Of a DNA stretch of 64,000 bases, positions 1 through 14,200 are shown piece by piece. Below the pieces are notes generated by a model. The model was not told the origin of the DNA. It saw only the letters and a list, made by a program, of their open reading frames with translations, and did not search any database. The stretch is from the NCBI GenBank assembly GCA_015680685.1, contig MNCI01000958.1:145646-209645 (forward strand). The letters run 5' to 3'. The translations under genes were made by a program, and so were the position numbers. Every line of letters starts with the position of its first letter. The first letter of the stretch is position 1. The DNA comes from Gnetum montanum. Its lineage: Eukaryota; Plantae; Gnetophyta.

Positions 1-308
1 CATCTTATTTATAGATATGGCGGCGGACCGCGATATCGCGGCACAGTGCATGTCGCGTCTCATCAATTAATTTATCTCTTTATTGCCATCAGGAGTAGCG
101 TATAAGTAGGAACAACATTATATGCCTCACTCTAGACTAAACCATATGTGACAAAGCTACCACTAGTCTAAGTGGGAAGACAACAAACTGCAATCAGGGC
201 ATAATGATCTAGATGCCACAACTAGTCCCATCCAAAGAATTCAACCAAATCGTGAGTAAATGCTTGTGATTCGTATGGTTGAGCGTAGGGGTACCTCGCC
301 GCTCATCA
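1..308 (+). mobile_element. 3' end of an Athila-like Gypsy LTR (truncated by window start), inserted into the left LTR of the Copia element
   Basis: Ends in gaattcaaccaaat...tcgtatggttgagcgtaggggtacctcgccgctcatca, nearly identical to the LTR ends at 49791, 57434 and 59545. No PBS follows; Copia LTR sequence resumes at 309. Confidence 0.8.
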
Positions 309-601
309 ATAGCTCTCATAGCTTGTTGCTATAACCACATCCTTAAACCCTTCCTCTCACACTTTGTTCTTGTTCTTATGCTTAACACAACTTCCCACCC
401 TTAATTTATAAGAGAAAATAATAGTCTTTTTTCCTATTACAATTTTTGGATGATTTTAGAAATTACTAATTAAATCTCAAGAAGAGATTACATAGCTAGA
501 AGTTATGAAAGACATAACTTAGATTGATAAAAATAGATGAAGAGTTTTCTTCACATTAACTAATAATTAACAATTCTTGGTTTTCACATTGAAAGTTAAC
601 A
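309..601 (-). repeat. Copia 3' LTR (partial, interrupted at 308)
   Basis: Aligns by eye to about 4690-4968; PPT adjacent. Confidence 0.8.
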
Positions 602-619
602 ATTCTTCCACTTGAATAA

Positions 620-3600
620 AAATCTAACAAATCTTCAAGCTAGAGATGCATTGGTTTTAAGTTGCATTCTTATGTCTCCACTATTCTAAATTGTTTTATG
701 CAAAAAACATGTGCATCCCTTACTACCACTTTTGTCAATGCATTAGCAATATTTTTCTTTATGTTAATTTTTTGTAAATTAACTAAACCTTCTTCAACAA
801 TGTCTCTAATGAAATGGTATTTAATATCAAAATGTTTTGTTCTCTCATGATAAGCTGAATTTCTTGCTAGATGTAAGGCACTTTGGGTATAACAAAAAAA
901 TTGATAACTATCTTGCTTTATACTAAGAAATTGTAAAAATCTTCACTATCATAACATCTCCTTACATGCTTTTGTCAATGCCACATATTCAAATTCTATA
1001 GTGGACAAAGTTACAAGAGATTGAAGTTTTGACATCCAACTTACTACAGCACCTTCTAAAACAAAAGCACAACCTATAGTTGAACATCTGGTATCTAAGT
1101 CAATTGTAAAATTTGCATCCACATAATCATAAATCTTTAAATTATTATTTCCAAAACATAAATAGGCAAATTAAGTTCCCTTTAAGTATCTAAGAATCCA
1201 TTTTACAACAAGCTAATGGTTCAACTATAATTATTCCCATATTTACTAACAACACTAACTGCATACGCTATATTTAGATGAGCATACCATAGCATACATT
1301 AAAGAGCTGACAATGGAAGTATGTGGAATATCTTTTACTTTGGCAATTTTTTTTTGTACATAATTAAAAATGAGAAGCCAAAGGAGTAATTATAGGTTTT
1401 GCTTCTAACATATTAAAACATTACAACACTTTTCCATATTCTCATTTTGACAATTTTTTCTATTTTCTATCTTTGTAAATATGCATTTCAAGAATTTGTT
1501 TGGCCTATTCCAAATCCTTCATAGCAAATTGTTTATTCATCTTTATTTTAAGTTGTTTTATTTTTTATATATCATTTCTTGCAATTATCATATCATTTAC
1601 ATGCAATAACAAAATTTCAAATTTATTTTTATCATGTGAGAAATAAACACAATGATCAAGATCACTCCTACAATAATCCATTTTGTGCATAAAAGAATCA
1701 AATTTTATGTACCATTGCCTAGGAGCATGTTTTAAACCATATAAGTTTTTCCTCAAATTATAAACATAATGAGGTTTATTTTGATCAACAAATCCTTCCA
1801 GCTGATGCATGTAGATTTATTCATTTAAATCATCATGTAGAAAAGCTATTTTAACATCTAACTATTCTTACTTCAAATCTAAAGAAGAAACTAATGAAAG
1901 AACAATCTGAATAGAAGAATGCTTAATAATGGGAAAAAATATTTCTGTAAAATCAATTCCTTTTCTTTGATCGTAACCTTTAGCTGCTAGCCTAGCTTTA
2001 TAAAGATTTCCCTTATTTACCTCATTCTTTAAAGTAAAAAATCCATCTATTTTTAAGTGCTCTAAGTTCCTTGGGTAATACCACCAATTTCCAAGTTTTG
2101 TTTTGTTGGAGTGAAGCCCATTCCCTTTTCATAGATTCCTTCCATTTTACTACATTAGGACATATAAGAGCTTTTTTCACCATTTTAGGTTCACCATGAT
2201 TTGTATAAGGAATATAATCTTTAAATCTAGCAAGATGACATATTATTCTACTTGAATATCTTACCCCATGTGGTGTATTTTCTACAAGATTTTCCTCTTT
2301 ATCAGTTTCTTTTTCCTCATCATCATTTGAAAATTATAGGATATTTTGATTTGCCACTTACTCTTGTTTTATATCTTCTTTAGGCTACAAAACAAATCTA
2401 GGAACTTGCTATGTAATAGAATTAGAAACATTTTTCTTTTGAAGATCATAAAACATCACATTTTCTTAAAATGTTACATCTCATGATCTTACAAATTACT
2501 TTGCCTTAGGATCCCATAATTTAAAACCCAATTCATCACTATCATAACCTACAAAAATACATCTTTTTGATTGATCATCAAATTTAGATCTATTTTCCTT
2601 TTGTATATGCATGTAAGCAACATATCCAAAAACTTTTAAATGACTATAAGAAACATGTCATCCACTCCACAAAGACTTTGGTACTTCATTATTTAAAGAG
2701 GAATGTGGTAATTTATTAATTAAATAAGTAGTAGTCATAATAGCCTTATCCTAAAAAGTTTTAGGCAAACCTACACTAACTATCATGGATCTTGCACATT
2801 CAACCAATGTTCTATTGCATATTTTTGCTACTCAATTTTCTTGTGGAGTTCCAAGAGAAGGACGAATATGTCAAATTCCTTTTTCTTTCCAAAACTCACT
2901 AAATGCATTTGAAGTATATTCACCACCACTATCAATAAGCAAACATTTCAACTTTAAACTTGTTTATGCCTCTATTTTAGAAACAAATGACTTAAACATA
3001 TTTAAAATAGCATCCTTGGACTTTATTGGAAATACCCTTACTTTTTGTGTATGATCATCAATGAAAGTAATAAAATATGGTGAACCATCTAATGATGTTG
3101 GATTTATTGGACCACAAACATTAGAATAAACAAGCTTTAATTTATTAGCTCGTCTATGTCCCATATTTCTAAGAAAATTCACTCTTTTTGATTTACCAAC
3201 AACACAATCTTTGTAAAATTCTATGGAGCTTATTGAAAATTTGGAAATGCAAGAATGAGATTGAAGTACCTTCAAATTAGAATAACTAATATGGTCGAAC
3301 CATTTATGCCATAAATCTGTATCCTCCCTTGTAGCAATTGTAGCTATAGAATCATCCTACAAACATATATCAACTCCAAGAGTATACATTGTGCCTATCT
3401 TTTTACCTTTCAAAATTGTTAAAATGCCCTTGGTAATTTTCCACTAATTATTTCCACATGAAAAATTTAAACCTAAATCATCAAGCTGAGAAATAGAAAT
3501 CAGCTTTTTAGAAACTTTAGGAACATGCCTAACATTATTAAGAGTGATTTTAGGTAAACCATGTTGCTATAAAACAATACTCCATATACCAGCAATTTTT

Positions 3601-4520
3601 AAAGGAACACCATTAGTAGCATAAACAACATTTGATAAAACTACTTGATATGAAGTAAAAATAGACCGATCAAAGCAAGTATGAAATGAGGCTTCTATGT
3701 CTACAATCCAAACATATTTTGCTGTGTTTAAAGAGAATAATGTAGATGATTTAGATACAATAAGATCTAAAGCAAGCTCACCTATGATTTATTTGTGGAC
3801 CTCCATTATTTTCTGATTTTTCTAACTCTATCTTTTTCTTCAATTGCAATGATGCTTTCTAAGCTTTGTAACCATGATAGTCCCTCTTCATGTGATCATT
3901 TTGTGGTAAAAATCATCATTCAATTATGCTTTTAGAAGTTCCTCTACCTTTACTCTTTTTCCTGCTTTGATTAGGTCCCCTACTTTGATCATGTTTATTA
4001 GATCTATCTTTATTTGAAACCATAAAAGCATTACTTGATGATTGATCCTATTCTTCAAGTAATCTTTTTTTTTTTTTTTGCATCTTGAAGAGTAGAAACT
4101 ACATCATCAAAAGAAATATCACCAGTACTCATAGAGGTAGTAATAACTGTAATAATTAGATTCCAAGATCCAAGTAAAGAATTCAAAATAGCATAACACT
4201 TCATTGGTTCTGGAATTATCACTTTATATTCTTCAAATTCAACAAAAGTGGTCATCATATCATCTAGATGATCTTGCAAAGAAATGCCTTAAATTTTTTT
4301 TGATAAATATGAAATTGATTCAAAACTGAAGCCTTTATCAAAAGAGCACGAGGATACATTTCGTTAGAAAGAGATACCAAAATTCCATTGCTCAAACAAG
4401 GCTAGATCAGCGTTAGTGCTTTTGCTTGCAACCTTTTCCAATTATCATCTGACATCTTTGCAAGGTTGGAAGGTTGAAGAGCCTCATCGCACTCTTTTTG
4501 TGCCAAGAAATCTTTTATTA
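620..4520 (-). pseudogene. Copia gag-pol pseudogene
   Basis: ORF fragments 4055-4279 (gag), 2964-3275 (integrase) and 1565-1810 (RT) carry Copia motifs and are interrupted by stops. Confidence 0.9.
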
Positions 4521-4542
4521 GCACACTCCATATATTACCATT

Positions 4543-4968
4543 TGTTATGAAGTTAATTAAATTTGCAAATTGAAACACCAAAGACAACAAGAAAAAAAAC
4601 ACAGAAATTTACATGGAAAACCTAAAGTGGGGAAAAAACCAGCTCTTCCTTTGTTTGGAGAAAATAACCCAAGGACATAAACCTTGATATTCTTGCAGGT
4701 TGTTACTTTATCCACACTCTTAACCCGTTCATCTCACACTTTGTTCTTGTTCTTGTGCTTAACATAGTTTCCCACCCTTAATTTATAGGAGAAAATAACC
4801 ATTTTTTTTCTATTACAATCTTTAGATGATTTTAGAAATTGCTAATTATATCTCATAAAAGATTACATAGGTGGAAGTTACAAAGGACACAACTTAGATA
4901 AGAAAAATAGAGGAAGGGTTTCTTCACGTTAGTTAACAATTTTTGGTTTTTCACATTGAAAGTTAACA
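4543..4968 (-). repeat. Copia 5' LTR (426 bp)
   Basis: TG...CA termini; homologous to 309-601; PBS immediately internal. Confidence 0.85.
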
Positions 4969-5296
4969 TTTTTGTCCCCTCAAATCTGGATCATAGAATT
5001 GTGATACTGTTGATTTCACTTCGTTTTGAAACTGATGTATTTATGGCCTCTTGTATATAACCAACCAACCGGTTGAATTTCTAAGCCTACTATACGAACA
5101 CCAATGCCATCGGTTGAATTTCATCGAGAAGTTAACCCTTCTTATATGGAAATCAAACAAAGGTTTGGCAACCCACGCGGCATCCGTGACATATATTCAA
5201 ATCATACAACGGGGCATTGTTTATGACACAGGATGCGACGACAGATAGAAGCACTCAAATGTACGTTGGGATTGTGCAACAAAGGGCGAATTCCAC

Positions 5297-8200
5297 ATGT
5301 GTTCAGCATCCACACTCTGCCAAACTGGTCTGGCCCAAACAGCAAAAATCCATGGGTGCCCCAAACCAGACATTCTCCACTGTGATTTCAGTTTGGCTCC
5401 ATCTTTCTTACCAAGGGTGAGGCAATCTATCTTTATTTCAATCTGACGTTTATTTATTTATGAAAGATGAAATAGACATAATATTCGTAGATTGCCATTG
5501 CGCCTTTTGCTGTTTAAATTTTAACATATATCGGTTTGAACTACGAGGCGTGTGATATGTGTTATGTATATGTTTCGGATGATTTCAATCTTGATTACAT
5601 TTGAATCGTTCCTATGTTTTAGAGATCGAGAGTGAACGTATGTGTATCGGTTCAGTGCACGCTTCAACCAATGGATTCTGTTCCCGGAAAATCAAAGTTA
5701 ACAATTACACAGCCTGATGACTGGCATCTGCATCTTCGGGATGGCGAAATGCTTCAATCGGTTGTTAAACACAGGTACAGTTTGTTAGAATCTAGTAATT
5801 ATCTTTATTTTATGTTCGGTTGCTAATTGCTTAAAATCATATCCCTGTACTGTGTCTATCATTATATTGTTTCTTTATATGTTATTTAATAGTGTTAATA
5901 ATCTTATTACGTCCTCCAAAGAGACAGATCAGCTGGAGTCGTCGGATCTCTTCAAATGTACAACATATGAATTTACAGTGCACTCTCAAAGAAAAAAGCC
6001 TAATTACACAGAATGCAAGGCTAACTATATTATCTTCCTTTTTGAAGAGATGCAGCTTGCAAGTTCTTTTTTCTCTTGGAGACATTCTATCTCAATCCTG
6101 AAGTGAACTATATTAGCATTTTTTAGAGTTTAGGGTTTAGGGTTTGGGATTTAAGGATATAAGCAAGCAGAACGAGTCTGGCTAAATAACCTTATTAACT
6201 TCAATGACATTATTGCTGGAAGATATTTGCCCCAGAACGAATTTGTTTGTCTTTGCTATTATGCCAGAACTTGTGCATGTGGAACTGAAACTTTTTGACT
6301 AGATGCACCCAGACACATAGCCAACATGATGAACTTAAGTAGAAGGTAGATGTGCCTGAGGTCTATATAAGTACACATAAGGGTGCATGAAATGTGATGT
6401 GTATCAGCAACAGCTTAGCTACATAATGCTTGTCAGGCAACAAGATTAACAGTTAAACCATCTCTAATGGGCTATTATGCCAGAACTTGATAAAATTTCG
6501 CTTTTCATTTGATAAATCACCTAACAACCAACTGGCTGGATGTCTGGGGAACAATCCAAACCCTCCTTTTGTAGTACCAACATTCCTCTTGAGTTTCTTC
6601 AAACGGTAGTAAACCATAGAGGGCAGGAAAAACCGTATTGTAAAATAATTGTAAATTCCTTTTCTCTTACATTTATTCCTTATAGCAAACATGGCCTTCA
6701 TTCCATATGCAATCCTTTCAACTACTCTTGCTAGATAATACTACCTGTGATTAGTAAACCAATCTCAAAATTATTCTCATGAAGTGCAATGGATAAAGCA
6801 AAGTATGAATTACCCACTAAATTACATGTTTATACCTGAATGGATGCATCTGTTCATGAGGTTAATAAACTTACACATATTAACGGAACTAGGAGTATGG
6901 AACAATATGGAGTAGTCTTTAGATGAAAAATTCAAGGAAAGATGATGTTCAGACAACAAGAGAAAGAAGACTGTTAAGAAAAGAAGTGGCCAATATCAAA
7001 GAATATAAAATTGTTCATCAGACATTGAGAACAGTCCATGAAAGTAATGGATAAGTGAAGATTCATTCGTGAATGGATACGGATGAAAGGAATTATCTGC
7101 TGGGAAGGCCAATAGATGAAAGAACTATGAGTATGCCATATAATGGGTAGTCATAACATCACCTTGTAGACGAACAGAAGGGCACGTTGGAATCACGTCC
7201 TCTCAATCAGAGAAGTTGAAAATGTGACGGTTTTCTCAACTAGAGAAATTGCAATGATAATGACTCTCCTATAGAGTAGAGATGTCATCTAATCTGTGGA
7301 GTTGAGATGAAGAATTCTCAGGAGTAGAATTGCAGATGAACTCTGAGATGAAACCATGTAAGACTGTACGTAGAATACAACATTGATATACTTGACATTA
7401 GAATGAGATCAATCTGTTGAAGCAACTGCAGAAACTGTATCAATTCGTGCATAATGGATAAAAATGAATCTTGTATTATACATTGTATTATAGCCTATGG
7501 AATTGTTAAGAATTGATCCTGACAGGGATTGATGTTACACAGCAACCGAAGTCCTTTGTAATTTTCTAAGAAATTTAATGACAGTTATAATTAGTGCCGC
7601 ATTTTACGTCAAATTACCTATAAGCATTAACTATCTCAATGGGACAATTTGCTGATTGTTACTACAAAAAAATGTGATTTCTATTTCTAGTTCCACAGAT
7701 CTTGACTTTTTGTTTTGTTTACATTAACCTGCATCCCTGAGTAGTTTCAAAATTTTTACAGTTATAATTACTGCAGCATTTTACATCAAATTACCTATAA
7801 GTATTAGCTATCTCAATGGGACAATTTGCTGATTGTTAGTACAAAAAGTGTAATTTCGGTTTCTAGTTCCACAGATCTTAACTTTTTGTTTTGTTTAGAT
7901 TAACCTGCATCCCTGAGTAGTTTCAGATTTTTTACAAAATGATGTATCATTTTCTGCCAGCATTCATTTATTTTAGCAATTAATGCAACAACAGCAAAGA
8001 GGAGGAAATTAATGCAGACATTAAATCATGATTTTCTTCTCTGAGGTATTAAATATTCCAGTGCAAAGACCTTCAAGCGTGCAATTATAATGCCAAATCT
8101 GAAGCCTCCGGTTACAACTACGGCTGCAGCTGTTGCTTATAGAGAAAGGATACTTAAAGCACTGCCATCAGATAGTAATTTTACGCCTTTGATGACTTTG

Positions 8201-11200
8201 TATCTGACAGACAATACAAGTACAGATGAAATAAAGCTTGCCAGTATGTCTCTAACATATCATATTCCCTATTCTTCATGATGATATTGGTAGTATATAT
8301 CTGGGGAAATCAGATTTTCTTCCTTACATGACAGAGAAAAGTGGAATAGTTTATGCTGTGAAATATTATCCTGCTGGAGCCACTACAAACTCACAGTATG
8401 GAGTGACAGATATATTTGAAAAATGCATGCCGGTTCTTCAGGAAATGATGGAATGCGGGATGCCATTGCTGGTAAAATGAAAACTGTTAAAAGCATGCTA
8501 TTTCAATGTTTAATTTTCAATTAGGGGATCTTAAAAAATATCTTTGACTTTTTTGGAAATGCTACTGAGCAAATTTCAAGCATTCTTTGCATTGTATCTT
8601 AAGGAATTTTTGTTTGCTCACTCCATACAGAGAAATATGATATCTCACAATTTCTCCCTTTTAAATTTTCTCATACCAGGTTCATGGAGAAGTTGCTGAC
8701 CCTAACGTGGACATATTTGACCGTGAGAAGGTTTTTATTGACAGAATATTAAAGTCGTTAATTGGAAAGCTACCACAACTTAAAATTGTAATGGAGCACA
8801 TCACTACAATGGATGCAGTAAGATTTGTTAATTCTTGCCCTGAAGGTAATGCTTGCCCTTCTATGAAACTTTGGAATATTATCTTTGTATTTTAAATTGG
8901 ATCACAAAATTTGTTATCTTATCATTAAATTGTTTTATATTTTGTTAAACTTGCAGGGATGGTAGCAGCCACTGTAACACCTCAACATCTTTTTCTAAAT
9001 AGAAATGCATTGTTTCAAGGTGGTCTACAACCGCACAACTATTGCCTTCCAGTTCTCAAAAGGGAAATTCATCGTATGTCTCTTAGCAAATCCATTACAT
9101 CTTTTAATTTTCTTATCTGTTTTGTAATTTAAAGATTGAATCCCCAGTAACCCAATGCTTATGTTTTTAATGACATGATACTTGACACGTAAGTAAGATA
9201 ATTGTACATTTTGTTTGTTTGGTTTTATATGTTTGCAATAACTTGTGAAAGAAGCATTCTTTCTTTGAAATGTAACCATATTGGGAAATTGCCATAACTT
9301 CATGAAAGACTGCATGAAGCATCTGAGGTAACAATGTCTTTAAATGTTTTATCAACTTCACTGACCTACTTACACAAAAGACTCTCCTTTAGGTTTCACT
9401 TTTGCTTGATTTAATGCTATTTCAAGTCCATGATTTGTATTTTGAAGCTATTGAACCAAGAGAAACATCTCGAACACAGTGTTCATATCTGGAAGGTCTT
9501 AAAAATAACTGCAAGCATGTATACTCTACTACAAGCCATGTGAAAACCAATCTACCAGGCATAGAGATAAAATATTCCTAATATTTATGATTGGACTTAT
9601 AACTGATTTCTAATTTTTATAACCTTGTCAACAAGAAACATCTCACTATTTTAGGAGACTGAGTTAGAGAACATGTGTAGTATTGCATTTGAGAGTTCGG
9701 TTTTGTATTTTTTCCCCTGTATAAGATTTTGCATTTTGTCATTTCCTTGTGTTTTTTATGTTTAGAATTCTCCCATTAATGAGTCCTTTTTATGTTTTTG
9801 GTTTGTTTTTTTTTGTTTTGTTGAAATGAAGCAATGCCAATAGGCAACTAAAATAGTGCTGAAAGATTTGTTTTTGCTAGCAAAAAATGTAATTCTTTTA
9901 TTCATCATGCAACTAGGATTATCACCCAAAGCCTTACTACGCATCCCACTAAGTAGGGTCCTGAAAGGGTTAGTGGATAAATGAAAGCCTGACCTCTTCA
10001 AATGGTTGTGCACAGGCTGAGACCCAAGTCTTCTGACTTGAGAACAAGCACTCTAAATGATGGTCCCATTTATTCATCATGCAACTGTAGCGATCGAAAA
10101 CATCGGTGGCTGGAAAACACGGAGGGGTCGGTGGGCGCGACAGTTCCGACCTCGTATCTGTGGGAGGGCCGTGCTGGGTGTGTGCGGACACGGGGTGTCC
10201 TGAACGGTTTGGTCGATCAGACAGGGACTTACATTGGCGTCAATATAGCCTTTTGCAACGTAAATAATGCGAAATGTGAGATAATGCTTGAAAGTAAATG
10301 AAGCAGGAGAGAAACTGTAAAAAATGCAACAGTAATACGAAGTAATGTTTAAAGGTGAATAAAACAGAAAATGATACAAAACGAGACAACAAGCAAGAAA
10401 TAAAGTAAAGTGTAGTTAGAAACATGCACCGCTTTGAAGCTACAAACTCGCTCGGTCAAGGTGGATACAATCGATTGCACAGCGTGATGGAGTGCAGAAA
10501 TCCCGAGAGTAACCAAGGCATGTCAAGCAAAAGAGCTTTGCTCTTGGACGCGGACTTGGGTACAAACAATGCAGGGTTCTACCAAGGTGGTAGAATGGAG
10601 ATGAGACCCCATGCCAGTTGAGAGAGACTCACTGTTTACAGTGTCAAATAGATGACTTTGATGTTACAATGCTGGAGAGAGGAGAAGTCTTTGTTTTAGA
10701 ATTTCAAAGTTCCCACTCATTGGGAGCTATTTGCTTCAAGAAGGATGCCAACTCTTTTGAAATTACCAACCTTTAAAAATTGCGGACTTCTTTTGCATGC
10801 TTTTTGCCGGGGTATTTATAGGACCGAGGGCGTGCAAAAGGGGTGGTTTGAATGCTACGTGCCTCGGGCCTTCGTCGTCTTGCTGGCGCCACTCGTGCCA
10901 TTTGTGACCATTGGACCTACAAGACCGTTGTGATGCGAACCTGTATGCAATAACTACAATCCTACTATGTTGTAATTGCATCGTCAGTGTTTGGAGACGT
11001 GTGCCAACGGTCCGATTAGGTGGAGTGCATTGATGTCGCACAACCACCTGCATGCCTTGCTGTGCTTTGTGATGTAGCATGCTTGGCGTAGCGTAGCACT
11101 TTGTCTCGCGTTCTGTTATATGTCACATGCTTGCTACGCTATGCTACGCTACATAGCGTAGCAACTGGCCTTAGTCGCGAAAGCTTTGCCGATTTGCAAA

Positions 11201-14200
11201 CCTTGTCTCCTGCGATGCAAGTCTTGCGAACTTCGTTGACTCCGCCTTTCGAACTACCTTCTGTCTCTTCTGCAGGATTGCTACGCCTTGCTGCGCCATG
11301 TAGCTCAGCGTAGCGTAGCAGCAGACATGGTCCGCCGCTTCCTGATGGAAAGGGACATCATTGTAGAACTCGAAATCGGGCGAGGGGAGTGGGTAGTGAA
11401 GTCGTTGTCATGCTACGCTGTGTGGCGTAGCGCAGCATAGCACTTCGTTCCGCCATCATCTTCTGAAGCTTGCTACACTACATAGCGTAGCAGGCTTCGT
11501 GACTTAGAAAACTTGCCGAACTATTTTTTTGCACATCCAGAATGCGGCTGCCAACTCTGCGCACTGCTTCTGAATAGGCTGTTGGCTGGGCGGGCTACTT
11601 TGGTGGATAGGCGGGATGATGTGGAGCTTATCCATGCCCAAAGTACAAAATTTGCTGAACTGGCCGGTCTGAACTCAAAACGCTCTTCTTTTGAAGAACT
11701 ACCGTAGTGCTGCGTGGATTTCTGTGCCTGGTGAAGTGAGAATGACCTCGCATTTTTTTGGGGTGTTTCATTGGCCCCTCTTCGTCGACGTCTGGAAGAC
11801 AGGCTCGATAGACGTCGGCAAAGAATACGAAACACCGCAGTAAGCGAAATGCTAAGGTTGTCGCTCGGTGAGTGTCGAGACGTCGCTTGGCTGCACTTGA
11901 GGGTGTTGCATCGGTTTTACAGAGGTTAAGGCAGAGAGCAGAGATGATGTTTAGTTGAGTCCCTCGTTGGAGTGCTTTGAGGGGCTCGTTTGCATTTTCA
12001 TCTTTGGCTGGCGCTGTTCTTCAACCTCTTGTAGGACAGGTGCTCCCTTCGTAGGATGAGTTGTGTTACGCACGTGCTGGAGTCTGCACTCTGAAGTAGC
12101 TGAGCTAGTCGAGGCACTCACTTCGCAATGCTGTAGCATTTGCTGCTGTAGCGAGAGGTGTCTGCAGGGACATAGGTCTTGCTGGCTGCTGGCATTGTTG
12201 TTACTCTTGGGCACTGTCGCTGGTGTGAGATGCCCAAAGTTGGAAGGCCAGTAGTGACCTTGGCAACGTCGGCGTGGAGGAGTTGGCCTCCAAGGCGTCG
12301 AGGGTTGTTGTGGGTGTGGATGCATTGGAATCCCCGCCAACGGCATGCATGCTCAGTTTTAGCTATGGGATCAGCTACCACATAGCTAAACGTCGCGCAA
12401 GCCGAAACATTGGCGGGGGACCGAAGTGCAACAATATTGTGGCTGGGCCACAATACTGCTGGCACTCCAGATGTGGGAACTAGCCCAGGAACTACCGTTA
12501 GGGTGGTGGGTCGTGGCGACGGTAGGTTCGAAGGGCTAATGTGACGCCACACGGCATCTTCGAAGGGTCAACATGATGCCAAGGGTGGCGGCGCCACGTA
12601 TGCTCCAGACCGCGTTCTCATTGCGTTGTGAACTGCATCTTGGAGCTGCGACGTCCCACCCACGCGTTGGCATTATGCCCATTTGTTCAACATGCATCTG
12701 GTGATGGTGCATGCTGAGGGTGCGATGCGAACCCAGTTTAAGGTCTTGGTAGACCATGTGCTGGTTCAGCGTTTCAGTGGACTACTGTGCTAGTTTAAGG
12801 TCCCAGTAGACTGTACATGCCAGTTTTACGTCGTAGCGGACGGCTGCTGCCAGTTTAACGCCGTAGCGGGCGTTGCTCGATGCCGCTAGTTTATCGTCAT
12901 TGCGGACGTTGCTTGGTGCTGTTGCCAGTTTATCGTCGTAGCGGATGGCGCCTTTTGTTGCCATGGTGCTTCAGACGTAGTACGGCTTGAGATGCGAGTG
13001 ATTCACCGGGTTGGTGAACTCATTGCCGTCCATGTCCGCCAGCTTGAAGGCTCCATTTCCAAAGGCTTTGGTGACCATGTAAGGACCTTCCCAGTTGGCT
13101 AAGAATTTGCTCACGTGTTCACGGAGGACCTTGAGGACGAGGTCTCCCTTCTGCACTGGCTGTCCATGCGGGTCTGCATGGTGCTTTTGCTGTTGTTTGT
13201 TCTAATAGTGCTCGATGCGTCTCAGCGTCTGCACGTGTTCTTTCTCCACCAAGTCAAGGTCGATGGTTCACGACTCGTTGTTTTGGGCTTCGTTCATGAC
13301 GTCGGATAGGATCATCCGGAGTGAGGGTACCTGCAACTCAAGAGGCAATACTGCTTCAGATCCATAAACAAGACTGTAAGGGGTCTTACTTGTTGCACGT
13401 CGACACGTCGTTCGGTAGGCTCAGAGGACATAGAGTATTTGCTCGTGCCACCGTCTCTTGCTGTTGTTAAGCATCCGCTTCAGCAAGTTGATGATGGACT
13501 TATTTGTAGCCTCCGCCTGCCCGTTCGCCTGTGGATAATAAGGGGAAGAAAATGATTGTTTAATGCCTAGATTGCTATAGAAGGTTCGGGTCTCTGTACT
13601 GCTGAACTGTGGGCCATTGTCAGTCACAATAGTCATCGGAAGCCCAAACCTAGTTACTATGTTATCAAGGATGAAATGGTAGATTTGCTGGGACATCGTC
13701 TTCCTCAGGGGAATAGCCTTCACCCACTTGGTAAAATACTCTGTGGTAGTGATAATGAAGCTATGCTCTGTGGAGGACTTAGGCGTGATAGGCCCTATGA
13801 GGTCTAGTCCCTATCGTTGGAAGGGCCACATGATTTGCATTGGGTGCAGGTCTGTAGGTGCTACGTGTATGAGATTTGCATATCTCTGGCATGTGTCGCA
13901 CGTCTTGACTTTCGATAGGCAATCATGTTCCATGTAGGGCCAATAGTACCCTAGGTGTCTGATTTTCGCCGCCATAGCCCTGGGTGCTATGTGTCCACCG
14001 CACAGCCCTTCATGAACCTCATTAACTACCTTTTGTGCTTGCTCGCCACCCACGCATGCCAACAATATCCCATTGTAGGATCGTCGGCACAGGGTGTCAT
14101 TTCCCATGAGCACGTATTGCCGAGCACGGTTACGGATTGCATCTCTCTGGGTCAGTGTTAATCCACCTGGGGGTTCGCCATGCTGTAGATAAGCTTTAAT

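Larger units (their letters stand above)
309..4968 (-). mobile_element. Decayed Ty1/Copia LTR retrotransposon
   Basis: Direct repeats 309-601 and 4543-4968, both ending gaaagttaaca. Degenerate PBS (minus tggtaatatatggag) at about 4526-4540 and PPT at about 603-615. Minus-strand order is gag, protease (WIVDIEASFH), integrase (YFITFIDDHT), RT ([19 protein letters not shown]), RNase H, which is the Copia order. Many stops and frameshifts. Confidence 0.92.

Noticed and set aside
6122-6156. TTTAGGG telomere-like repeats
   Set aside because: Only two perfect units; common telo-box or repair filler.
10002-11835. Numerous 60-105 aa ORFs, duplicated at 25738-27586
   Set aside because: They lie within the LTRs, have no protein motifs, and their frames are only partly preserved between the two LTRs.
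12782-12964. Repetitive peptide (RYDDKLA)n right after the integrase
   Set aside because: It is the translation of the hairpin-motif array; the same motif is non-coding elsewhere.
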